A stretch of DNA of 63,995 nt, the filler included, from Blastocystis sp. subtype 4 (lineage: Eukaryota): NCBI RefSeq assembly GCF_000743755.1. It is 3 parts of 3 records of this genome, joined end to end, with 100 filler letters (N's around TTAATTAATTAA, not from the genome) between each part and the next. Parts side by side here need not be neighbours in the genome. Positions count along the whole stretch, not along the records: positions 44,755 to 63,995 come from NW_014569336.1; 2 more parts are not named here. One strand, written 5' to 3'. This document shows, piece by piece, positions 48,390 to 62,376 of the stretch. The notes below the pieces were generated by a model. The model did no database searches. It was not told the origin of the DNA and saw only the letters and a list, made by a program, of their open reading frames with translations. The position numbers and the translations under genes are program-made. Positions within the stretch are counted from its first letter, which is position 1. Each line of letters starts with the position of its first letter.

Positions 48390-49893
48390 ACAAAGGACAG
48401 ACAGCAGGGGTCACGAGTTCTCCTTCATAAACACACATCGAAGGCTCCACAAGGTTACGAAGCTCCACCGACTCTCCACACAACAATCGCAATTTCAAGC
48501 TACGCTGAGGTCCATTCCAACACTTCTGACCATTCTTCCAATAGAAATAGATATTTCCTCCCTCAAACTCATTCTGCTCATTTACATGTAAGTTACGCTG
48601 AGGATCAGTAATAGGATTTCCAGACGAATCAATAATGGAAAAATGGCTTCCAATCGAGATCGAATCCTGTTTGGACGTACCGTAGGGACAGGCCACGTAA
48701 TTATACTTATTAAACTATTCATGAATCCGACAGAACACCGAATACCATATGATTATAACACTGACCTTTCATCATGAAGAATTCGTTCTGACCTCCAAAG
48801 AAATACTCAACATCAAATACACCCAATTCCTTCTCCGCGTCAGCCTTTTCTTGCTCCAATCGCTTCAATTCCTCCTTCAGACGGTTCAGTTCCTTCTGAG
48901 ACGGTGCCAATGCCTCCATCATAATTACTTCTCTGAGTTCCTCCATTTTACAGTCTTCGCTAACAGTTGCATCTTTGTCCACTTCTAACATGTCTTCTTG
49001 AAGGCGTTTTAAGGGTGATGGATTATAACTCATACCATGTACAAGCGTTTTTACAAGCAAATACTTTAGTTTATCTGCTGACAAGTGATTAAGTCCAAGT
49101 CTTGAATACAACTCCTGTAAGCGTTCTTCGCGTGATTTAGGGACCTTTGGATCCTCAGTTTCATTAGAGTCGTTGACAACAACAATCTCAAGATCCTGTG
49201 GAGTTTCCAATGCAGTGATGGATTTCTGAATCTCTGCAATGGACGCAGTCAAGGTAGCTACTTTTGTTTCCAAAGTCGCTTTGGTTTGTTCAGCCTCGGC
49301 TAGCTTCTCCTTGCTTTGTTCAATCCACTGATGTAGTACTGCTGTTCCTTTGGCGAATTCCTGAATTCGGGCATTATTTCGTACTCTAAAGGAACAACTA
49401 ACTTGTAATCGTACAGCCACTCTTCATGCTCGCTTGCACAAGTATTCTTACACGTAATATATCCATTGTATTCATCACTTCCGTCACAACAATCTATTCT
49501 AAAGTCGACCCTCATATTGTACCACAAATTCCATCATTCACACGAGATGAGTCTACAGACTTTCCAAAATGACCTACATTGCGACAATAGAAGTGACCAT
49601 TGTTGCATGCGGCTAACACGATAAATGATCGTAAAAAGAATCATACACGTTCCTGGCTCATCTGAACCATCATCACAGTCGCAATAATCATCATTCACTT
49701 GACCAATTGAAAGTGTTCTTGAACCATCCTTGCACGTGAATAGCTACAATTCAGTACAAACTAGAAATTGTACTGTTTGGTGATAAAGACTCTCTTCACC
49801 TTCTTGTACTCCATAGGTTGACGAAACGGGTTTTGCACTCACTAAAAGTACTCCAACAAAGGAAAATAGCAAAACTTGGAAATGAACACTCAT
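48390..49893 (-). CDS. PRKCSH: Glucosidase II beta subunit; stop probably completed by poly(A)
   Basis: [35 protein letters not shown] domain [13 protein letters not shown]...EPSMCVY...TPAVCPL T|TGTC TGTTTGTT. Confidence 0.92.
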
Positions 49894-49918
49894 GGTAAAA
49901 GAATATGGAACAAACAAT

Positions 49919-51366
49919 TCAATCTTTCTTCTTTTCTTTCTGCAGCATTAGAGCAAAGCGATACAAACGAATCATATAGAACATAATGTTCACAAGAATA
50001 GTTAGAACCCAATGTGCTCCAAACCAAATAATAGTCTTATAAACGAACTCTATCTGGATTCCATAATAATATATCCAAATTGCAAGAGTCACAATGTATT
50101 CAGAAAGCACTGCTACTGCTACTGAACGAACCAGATGAGGTACATACTACACTTCAACTATATTCACTTCAATTACGTGGAAAGGACTTGTACAACCGTA
50201 TAAGAGCAACATGCCCACGAATACACCAATTCCCGCACCAACCCGCAGATAAGTCATTTCTTTTCCTTCCTCTCCACTAATATCATCCAACAGTTCATTT
50301 ACAGTTAGATTGCCAATAGCTGCAATGGGATGAACTCCACTCACTCTTCGTACAGGAAGTATATAATCATCATTTTGGACACCAACAAATGTCATCACTC
50401 GTGGTATACTTTGATATTCGTGTCCAACTCGAATGTCGCCACTCTCACAATTCATAACCAATTCCTCTTCTTCTTCCTCAGAAATGAAGGTTGCATTCTC
50501 CTGTTTCATAGGACCACTGCCAGCAGCCATAGATATCTTACCATAGTACCAATGCGACGATACATAGTAGAATCCCAATCGTTTCGTCTGAGATGGAAGT
50601 ATTTCTGCGTCATATTCAGTCATATTGTAGTGCTCAAAGGGAATTGACTAGGGATCAATGAAAAACTCCAGACCCACCAGATTCTCGAAGAACGAATAAT
50701 CAATTCGAAAGGCGTTAGCCTGAGCATATTTGGGTTTTAGTTCATGTGGATAATATGGATTTCGCATATTATTCTGGTGGCCTTCCGGCTCAAGAAACTG
50801 AGAGGAGTCGATTCTAGTGATCACACTTTCATGCTTAAAATACAGATGGTTGCTCCATGCTTTATAATACTGTGGTTTCGAGGAGTTCGACTTGGGAATA
50901 TACTTTAGATGATTCAACACAACTTGAATTACCTCGTGCCATTGACAATACTCAACAAGACGTCGAACAACGAGACGAGTTCCCAACATCAACGAAAATT
51001 GAAGATCATTTGGAGCGAAACGGGGATGTGACTAATAATAACAGGACCTACCAGAATCCGACAGTTACATGAGATGACTGCAATAACACCACATCACGGT
51101 TATAAGCCGTGAGAACCTCCTCATCTGTAGGAAGAATATACTATGCAAACTTAGCAAATTGAATAACCCATACAGAATCCAACACAATCTCATACTTGGC
51201 TGCTACAGCTTTTGCAAGCAGAATCTCGTTGTATCCACCATAGCAAAGTGCACAAAGAATAATACAAATCCCTGCAGTCAGACGACATGGACTTAGTTTC
51301 TTTGGGCTATAACTTTAAAACGGGTAAGAATCCGAACGGTACTCTCCGACACGGTTCTTTGTTCAT
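49919..51366 (-). CDS. TMEM43: TMEM43/LUMA-family membrane protein
   Basis: N-terminal TM then NE, RRLVEYCQWHE, GDIRV, C-terminal TM helices after TYLRV. Confidence 0.7.
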
Positions 51367-51394
51367 GAATATGACTGACTAAAAGAAACAATGA

Positions 51395-52944
51395 ACGAAA
51401 CAATACTCTCATAAGTACCCAAAACGGCTATAATGACACCAAAAACAATAAAAAAGGATCCATAAATCGTCTTCATCGATTTTGTAGGATCGTCAATTTC
51501 GCGAACATATTTGATATACCTATAAATCACAGCATGAACAAAAAACTACATTGATGCAGGAATAATGGCTTCAATCATACTTCCACCCAATGCACCTGTA
51601 AGAGCAACAACTTTATATAGTTGATCAAGGAACAATGCAGTAAATGATGAGAAGAGGACATAAATGACCGTTACAAGTGCTGTTTTCCAGTAGACAACAT
51701 TAGTTCCTGTCAATCCACACATCTTCAGTACGACTTCTCGAACGCTATATCCCTACAAAGAACCCAAAAAGAGAAAATTACATAAAGAGGGAAGGTGAAA
51801 CACAAAGCAATCGCGATGATGAATCGACCAACAAGAATGGGGATATTCCCGTAATCATAGCTATCAAGGATATTACCCGTCTAATGATGATATCCCTTCC
51901 CCATACTAACAGAATATCCACAGAAGGCCATATATCCAGCTAAGGAGTTGAGAGTATAGATTGCGAAGATCAGAACATATGCGAAGAAAATAACTACTGA
52001 TACACGTGCCTTTGTGGGATTCTTCATATCAGCTACAATCGGGATGAACTGGACTTGCGAGCAGTGACCATAACAAAACAGAGGGAGAGCAAGGAAGATG
52101 GTACTGGAGAAGATGAAAGCATGAGAGGATGAACGCACTGGATCCGAAACACCTTGTTGGCAAGTCTGAACACAAGCATTCAGTCCTCTACATGTCGCTT
52201 GAAGAGCATTTGCCTCAATCTCACAGACACCATTGTTACAGATATAGTTAGCAGACAGAGCGAGATCACATGGTTTGATTTCAATGGACATTGATAGCAT
52301 AACAATAGTGACATAGATGATCCCCAAAATAGCGAAAAAGGAGGTGTACCGAAGTGCAGTGATCTTCTTGAGAAGGGAAGGGGGGAGAATGAAAACAATC
52401 GTAACAAAGATTAATACTGACTCTCGACTTATAAGCCACATCATTCCCGATGGAAGAATGTGTTGTAGCAAGTATACCATACACAAATGGAGTTCATCTG
52501 CGATAATAATAGCATAACCTACACAAGCACCAAAACTATATAAGAGCTAAAGATGAACATATCTTTCTGTTTACTACTTGAATTAAGTCGGTAAACCACT
52601 CAGCTTCCTTTCCGAGCATTTTCCGAACACATCCTGAGTAGGTTGTCTGTCTTGTATATCGCTGAACTAGATAGAGCATATAATTTGTCAACCCTGCAAA
52701 AACTAGAAATGTGAGACGAAACGAGAAAAACTCTTACTGCTGAAGAAAACGTACATGCCGAGTCCAAATCCCCATCCGATCTTCCCAACAGCCATTGAAA
52801 GAGTCAGAACTCCGGCTCCTAAAAGATCAGTGTATCTTCTTTTGTACTACCAATTGCACCATTGGCAAGGAGGAGAGAACAGGATGGAACAGAAGTCTTG
52901 TATTCGTCAGTCTCCTGAAGGAGAGGAGCATTTAGTTTATTCAT
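51395..52944 (-). CDS. Amino acid transporter (SLC38/AAAP family); stop probably completed by poly(A)
   Basis: LANGAIGAGVLTL, ALRYTSF, FCYGHCSQ, LAGYMAF; ends GTYESIVS T|TCAT TGTTTCTT. Confidence 0.88.
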
Positions 52945-53159
52945 TGGATTGGATTGTAAAATAGATCGAGGGTCCATATCAGCCAATCAAATCTGTTTTC
53001 GCTGTCGAGAAACCTATGGACTTTTCATACTTATATGTAGTTGTAATATATTGCAATATGGCCATGCTCTTTGATGATATATTCGAAGTCGATCAAATGC
53101 AACAAGATGTCTATTCACAAACAAAACAAGGGTGATAATGCACTACACTCTCATCTCAC

Positions 53160-53685
53160 TTAAATCTGTCTGGCAATGAGATCCAACTCCTTCTGTCCAG
53201 CCTTGGTCAGCTTACGGCCTCTACACATCAATTCAGATTGCTGGACCTACCCGTTCTTAGCCTCCTCAACCAGACCCATCTTCTCCAGATTGTGAATAGC
53301 ACTGCGGATGATGGTTCCATTAGCCTACCTCTTAGACCCAATAATTTAGCATACATGGTCATGATAAGCATGACGCACACCATTACGATGCTTTCCACCA
53401 AAGTGCTCTCTCAGAGAATTGATTCCCACACAAGGTCTCATGTACAGGTGACGAGCAATGGCAGCTAGTTGTGAGAAATTCGATAAACTATCTACCACAA
53501 CGAATGTAGTACCAGTCCTCATCGAGAGGAATGTAATCACTGAACACACGAGTTCTCATGATATCGTGCATCTTAGGAAGCTCAATCTTTCCGGAACGCT
53601 TCAGGAAGTCAGCGTAAGCCTGAATCAGCTTCATAGCCTCCACGTCCTTAGCAGTGGTGATAACGCTCTTATCAATTCTCTCCAT
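53160..53685 (-). CDS. RPS19: 40S ribosomal protein S19 (eS19)
   Basis: TAKDVEAMKLIQAYADFLKRSGK...DWYYIR|AAIARHLYMR...GRKLTKAGQKELDLIARQI*. Confidence 0.97.
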
Positions 53686-53924
53686 CTAATTCCAATGGTT
53701 AGAAATAAAATACAAACGAAAATGAACGAGAACACTCAACATGCTTATTCAAAACATAGTATTTGTCAAACATCTTCGGGAAAAGCAATACATACTGTTA
53801 GAAAACAAAGTAGGTGTAGAGTGCGATTATTCTTAGAATGAGAAGAGAATGAACGGGCAGCAAATGAATGGTTTCGATTTGAAAATACAGGAAACTAAAA
53901 CAGTATAAATCTTCTATTCTCTAT

Positions 53925-54045
53925 TTGTCAGCTTTCCAAAACCGCTTTATCGGTCTCCTTGATTTTCAAATTGATCGGATCACTGAACCTGTAGCTTGTT
54001 TGAGGTGAACAAGCAGAACATAGTTCAGGTTATCGTCTGTTTTTA
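53925..54045. ncRNA. Candidate structured RNA between divergent RPS19 and RPS20
   Basis: Nested stems CTGAAC/GTTCAG (53983/54023) and GCTTGTT/AACAAGC (53994/54008), a second hairpin ACCG/CGGT, and TTTTT at 54040. Confidence 0.35.
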
Positions 54046-54063
54046 CAGCCCTTTACTATATCA

Positions 54064-54462
54064 ATGGAGAAGGATAAAGTTGTCAACGAGGAAGTGCACC
54101 GCATTCGTATTACTCTGGTTTCGACCAATGTGAAGGCCGTGGAGAAGGGTAGAAGTGGAAGTTGTTATTGAGAGTCTAGTCTGCTCTGAAATCAAGCGTC
54201 TCGCTCTGAGCAAGAACGTCAAGGTTTCTGGACCTGTGCGTATGCCTACCAAGTTCCTCCGCATCACCACTCGCAAGTCCCCTTGTGGAGAAGGTACTAA
54301 CACCTGGGAGCATCTGGAGATGAGAATTCACAAGAGAGTGATTGATCTCGTCGCGTAGGGAGCGATTAGGAAATGCTAATATGTAGTCCTATGGAGGTTG
54401 TGAAGAGCATCACTACCATTCAGATTGATGCTTCTGTGCAGGTGGAGGTTGCTATGCACTAA
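54064..54462 (+). CDS. RPS20: 40S ribosomal protein S20 (uS10)
   Basis: [17 protein letters not shown]|...GPVRMPTK...[28 protein letters not shown]. Confidence 0.97.
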
Positions 54463-54532
54463 TTCATCTTCATTGAGGTGTTCCTTGAGTTTGTTTTGAA
54501 CAAGGGACTCACAATACCGTTGTTTCGATCAT

Positions 54533-55368
54533 TTACACTCTCATGCACTGATCACATCCTGGATAAGGAGGAATCGTGATGTTGTACTTCTTTGCAAGAT
54601 TGGGAGGCAAAAAACGACCTCCGAGATAGTGAAAACGCCCCTTAAAAAGTTGCGCACAAAGTTTAGGTGCAGTAAGAGAGATTAGCATATCTGGATTGGT
54701 AATTCCACAGTGATTGGTATCACCCAGCTCAACATCCCATCCCGAAGGAATGTCGATGGATACAATAGGAAGAGAACTTTGGTTCAATAATGTAATGACT
54801 GTATCAAATGGAGCTCTTGGAGTTCCATGAAAGCTGAATCCAAAGATAGCATCCACAACTAACTGGTAATCTGTTTTCAATTGCTCTCTAACTTATAATA
54901 CAGAATCAGATCAGTTACAGAGAAGGAGCATCATCTAAAAACGAAATATCAAGATCTTCCAACTGTTTGACTAGATTACCAAACAAACGAAGATTGTCTC
55001 CCTTAGAACTTCTCTTCGGGTAATATATCGTAGGTGAATAGCCAAAGTGTTTCAGATGACGAGCAGCCACAAGTCCATCACCTCTAACGATTAATCAAAC
55101 CGGCTAGTTTTACCCATTGTTTCCAGGACCACAAATCACCAAGATATTCGAATATCTATCAACAACGTATTCTCTTGAAACAGCGGAAGCACAACTCAAT
55201 CCTATCGCTAAGTATTAGATTCATAGTGTACCAGCAAGTTCCATCAACTGATCCACACTAAATCCAGGAGAAGTCATGAGATCCTGATCCAAGAGTTGAG
55301 CATCGGTCTGATTGAGATACTACACTCACAGGAATAAAAAGAGTCCGTACAGAACAATACTGTTCCAT
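54533..55368 (-). CDS. NAXE: NAD(P)H-hydrate epimerase (YjeF_N)
   Basis: [57 protein letters not shown]. Confidence 0.95.
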
Positions 55369-55451
55369 TCTACAAGAATGTGTCAAACGAGGAGTTTGCT
55401 ATCACAAACAATCCAATACGATATTCTAAAGCAGGGGTGTGTATAGAAGCT

Positions 55452-56071
55452 TTAATTCTTCACCTTCTCCTCCTTATCCTTCAGAGCGGGAAGCTTGGCC
55501 ACGGTCAAGAACAGGGAGAAAGCCAACACACCGAAAATGATCCACAGAGAACTGCTCTGAATGTTCTTCCAGGTGAGCTTTTCCGGATAATAGTCGAAGA
55601 ACTACAATTACAACATCCCTACATCTCCTACAAGATGTCTCAGACCGCAAGTGTAGTGATAAGCAAGAGCATAGGACATGAAGAACTTTCCACCATACAA
55701 AATGATAGGATGGTACTTGATGGTCTCCATCAAAGCAGGAACATTGCATCCACACACAGCAGCAATTCCCACAGCAGAGAAACCTACAATCAAAAAGGCT
55801 AAAAAGCTTCTTACCAAGCCACAAACCGAATCCAGTAAGACGGTGGCAACCAGAAGAAAGAGTAGCCCAACGGAGCTTGTAGATGGAAAGATGGGGAGCG
55901 ACCATTCTTCCCTTAGCGTACTGCTCCTCAATGTAACTATACAATCATTCATTTCTCTCGAAACATGAACCTCAGGTTTCTCTGGAACACGACGGGAGAA
56001 GCCTTCATGGCCATAAACTGAGTGGACTTCAGAAGGGGCTGAACACGACGAGCAAGAAGAGCAGGCTGCAT
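55452..56071 (-). CDS. SDHC: Succinate dehydrogenase cytochrome b subunit C
   Basis: Targeting-like N-terminus, RMVAPHLSIYK, SGCHRLTG, YHYTCGLRHL. Confidence 0.9.
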
Positions 56072-56257
56072 GATGATTATCTACTGAGACTTGTAGAAAC
56101 CACGATATTTGCGGAGTGGTATATAGATTCTATTTATTGAAGTATCATTCGGGATTTTGGATTCTGACGTGGTCCTTTCTTATTTAGAATTTTACCCATA
56201 CTCAGTCAATAACCTCCTCACATTCAACAAACAGGAATGCGGCAATGTATTTGAGAA

Positions 56258-57729
56258 TTATTCCTCATCGTCAGGAACATGATTCTTCTCTCTCATCACA
56301 TCCAATAGATACTTCGGAATTGATAGAGTCTTGCAGAAATCCTCGTACCGAACGATCTAGTTATTACCTCCTTTCTCAGTCCCCACGATAGATTCAACAT
56401 AATGTTCAATGAAAATAGGTTGGTACTCCCCATTATAGCGCAGAGCTACATCAAACGAGTTATCGAATTGGTTCTTCCAGTATTCGATACAAATATTCGC
56501 GGCATACGGAGGAACGTCACAAGGAAGGAATGGAGTTAATACAGTCAAGATAGCTACACATCAACACCCACTTTCAAGAATACGCATAACAGATGTGTCG
56601 TGACAGCTGTAGATGGACAATTTGGTTTTGTTTGTCCCAGAAATAACCTCATCAGCCTCCTTCTTGATCATAGCAAACAAATCATCCGTAAACGATTTCA
56701 AACACTTGGGTGTATTGTACAGAATATTGAATTTGTTAACATTGTGACGATAGATCTTAGAAAAGAGATTATCTATATCTCATCATCCCTAAGCAGCTCA
56801 ACAGATTCCCTCGTCGATATCAAGGAAATGACTATATCGAGTCACTACGTAATCCATCACACTAGTCCATTTTAGATTCTTTGCTACATGTCATCCTAAG
56901 CAATCATGTTCAAACGATCTGCAAAAAAAGGAAGAGCTTTCACGACAGTGGGAAGACAGTCTTCTTTCATCTTATCCAAACACTCGACCCAATCATAACT
57001 GTTCATTCTCTGAGAACACGCCTCCTGACACTTCGAATCATATCCTAGTTTTGACATAATGAATATCAATTGATACGGTTCAAACAACATGTATCATCAG
57101 AACTAATCTTGATGATTGGATAGGAATCCTTGTATTCCCTAAAACTGATTCAACTAGTACGACCAAACTCAATAGGAAAGAGTGTAGACAGCAAAGACTG
57201 CAAACTGTGAAGTGTACGATCACGACAAGTGGAACGAAGTGAAACTTCAGTTGAATTGAAACTACTGTCATTTAGAAGTTTCTCTTCCTCAAAATAGAAC
57301 TTTCGCTATACATCAACACAATCTAGATGACCAACAAGCTGTCTACCCACATCCTGCATCTGTTTAACACCATCACGTGTCAACTGACCGAATACAGGAT
57401 CACACGGTTCATTAGGCTTCGTAAACTCATGTTTGTAGCGATTGTAGATGGGGTCAAACTCGGCTTTTGTCGGAAGCTATCGATTACTGTTCAACTATTC
57501 AAATTACATATTGTTTCCATAGTTCCACTTCCTCCTTTTCATGATCCGTCCCAACAAGATAGTTAAGAAGGGGAGTACGATCTCCATGACGATGAAACAC
57601 CTGTACCATCCTATAAATAATGATAAAATAGAGAAGAGACTCCAGAGTATGATCAGGAATCATCTTTCCGTAATACGATCGAACTCCTCGAATTCCAAGC
57701 GCAGCAGTAAAATGAAAACGATGAAGCAT
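56258..57729 (-). CDS. Histidine acid phosphatase (ACP6-like) with mitochondrial-type presequence
   Basis: QVFHRHGDRTP, GQLT, CHDTSV, VPPYAANICIE; N-terminus MLHRFHFTAALGIRGVRSY. Confidence 0.85.
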
Positions 57730-57812
57730 AGAACTGAACAGTATTATTCAATTCCGCCACATGACCCCTTTTGCGCCAACTGCCCACTTCCTTTCTATGA
57801 ATACTCTTCTTC

Positions 57813-59978
<2,166 letters not shown>

Positions 59979-60019
59979 CTGTACAATTCCTTGTTTGTTA
60001 AATGATCACATTTTTTCTA

Positions 60020-60999
60020 ATGTCAAGTCCATTATTCCTTGAGCATACGGATCTTTTGAAAAAGGAGGGTATGGTATTTCAGCCATTTGATTTGGCTTCA
60101 ATCACGGACCATGATGTTCTTCTGTTGATTGATTGCCAAAACGACTTTTTTCCAGCTGACTTCGTTGAAGATGGTGGTCGATTTGGAGTTTCTGTTTGAA
60201 TTGTGGGAGACAAGTGATCTCGTAGGATGGAGGGAGTATCGTTCCTTCAGTACTGAAGCTGATTGATACATTTGCTGAAAAGCATTGTACCATCGTTGCT
60301 ACAAAGGATTGTCATTCAATGCATCACTGTTCCTTCACGCCGAATGGAGGATCCTTCCCTCCTCATTGTATTCAGGGAACGAAAGGATATGATGTAAGAA
60401 TAACGAAAAGGCGTTATTGGTAGTTCCAGAAGGATATTGGGGATCGCTTAGCAACTGTGCGCTCGAAAGGAGCCAATGTAGTCATTGGATTCAAGGGAAT
60501 TGAAAACGGACATGAGTGTTTCAGTGCATTCCGCTATACAGAGTCTTCTGGAAAGGAACGTTTCGGGTCGGATTTCCAGCCAAGTGAGTGGTGTGACTGC
60601 TATGCGTTGGAGTCGTCTGCATTAGCTCAAGATATCGATGCTCAGCCCGATGTCATGGCTGTAACTTCGAAACAGTCTATCAAGGTTGGAATGACTGTTT
60701 GGAGTGAAAATTAGGACAAATTGAGTGATCTGTTGATGAAACCAGATTGTCGTCTCTTTGTCTGCGGCCTTGCTTTCGACTTTTGTGTTATTGATAGTGC
60801 TATTAATGCTAGGTATAGGTCATGAGAAACAATGAGTAGTAGAGAGAATACCGGAAAACCCACCTTCATCATCCATGACGCTACTAGAGCTGCTCAGATT
60901 CCTGGAGCAACCTCTTTCGGCTCTGGATTCTTAACCGACCCAGCCGAATTGGTAAAGAAGCTCGAAAACCATGGTATTAGTATGATTGATCTATGTTGA
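60020..60999 (+). CDS. pncA: Nicotinamidase/pyrazinamidase (isochorismatase family)
   Basis: LLLIDCQNDF, KDCH...HCSF, FPPHCIQGTKG, FKG...FSAF, CGLAFDFCV. Confidence 0.88.
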
Positions 61000-61132
61000 T
61001 CGCATTGTTTGTTTGAGTTCTTGTTTCGGCGGTTGTGGAAACGTGGAAACTAGTGTACTTTCTACTTTCTTTGTTTGCTGTGTCTTCTTGAAAAGAGGAA
61101 AAGAAGACTATTGAGGGTAATCTGTTGCAAGA

Positions 61133-62273
61133 ATGAAGGAGTCGATGCGTACGTTATCCCCATTGTGTACTGAGGGTTTAGGTGAATCCTGGAAACAGAA
61201 GAATGAGAGTGTTAAAAATCGACGAGAACAAAACATCCAGAATCACGTTGCTGTTCACAAACGATATACTCCCAAGACATTTACTCAGTCTCTTCTCGCA
61301 GGAGGAGCTGCAGGATGTATTGCTAAGACATGTATTGCTCCTTTGGAACGAACGAAGATTCTATTCCAAGTACTTGTTTCTTGATGGGTTGAAATAATGT
61401 TGTAGGTATCAAATAAACCATTCTCATTACGACTGGCCGCGAAGAAGATTGCTCAAGTCTATCGGGAAGAAGGATTGACAAAATTATGGAAAGGGAATAC
61501 TGCAACGATTTTGCGAGTTATTCCGTATTCTGCAACCCAATATGCTGCATTTAGGGGATATTCGCACTTGATTATGGTGGATGAATACACTCCATTAACA
61601 CCCCTCCAACGGTTTTTCGCAGGTGCCGGAGCTGGAGCTACAGCAACCTGTATCACATACCCTTTTGATTTTCTTCGAACCCGAATGGCTGTAAAAGAAG
61701 GGGAAGATACATACCGCAATATTGGAGTTGCTTTCCGCAGTATTGTTCGTAATGAAGTAGGATGAAGGGTCATGTTTGTCATTCAGGGGTTTCGTACATT
61801 CTACACAGGAGTGAATGCAGCACTATTAGGTGTGCTTCCATATTCAGGTATTTCCTGGATGGTCTTCGATTCATCTCGACAGGTAGATTTCTTGTTATGA
61901 AATTATATCCAGTTCTGTGAGGATTATCTCAATGATGGAGCTAGAGCTTCTCCCTTTCAACGGATGTTCTGCGGAGCTCTTGCCGCTGTTGTTGCTCAAA
62001 CCTGTACCTATCCTTTTGACATTGTACGCCGTCGCATGCAGAGTGAAATCCACATTACCACACCACGACGATATACAACCATTATAGGAGTGAGAAAAGA
62101 ACAATGGGGATGACAAATAGACATTCAAGATCATTGCAAAGGAAGAAGGATTTAGGAAACTTTGGAAGGGTATTACTATGAATTGGATCAAAGGTCCGAT
62201 ATCGATGGGAATCAGTTTTGCCTGTTATGAAGTGATTGAGCGGTGCTTTGGTGTAACAAAATTGCAGAATTAG
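61133..62273 (+). CDS. Mitochondrial carrier, CoA-transporter-like (SLC25A42/SLC25A16)
   Basis: [71 protein letters not shown]. Confidence 0.9.
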
Positions 62274-62376
62274 TTGCATTTATTTGTTGAAAACAAATGA
62301 GTATTAAGAATCTGAGTCTTCAGTGGATCGTTCGCGTCGCAAACGGAATGAATTTTTAGGTGACTTCGCTGCAGGC

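Noticed and set aside
54048..54058. GCCCTTTACTA resembling U5 snRNA loop 1
   Set aside because: One mismatch, no flanking stem or Sm site, and it lies just before the RPS20 ATG; more likely a pyrimidine-rich leader.
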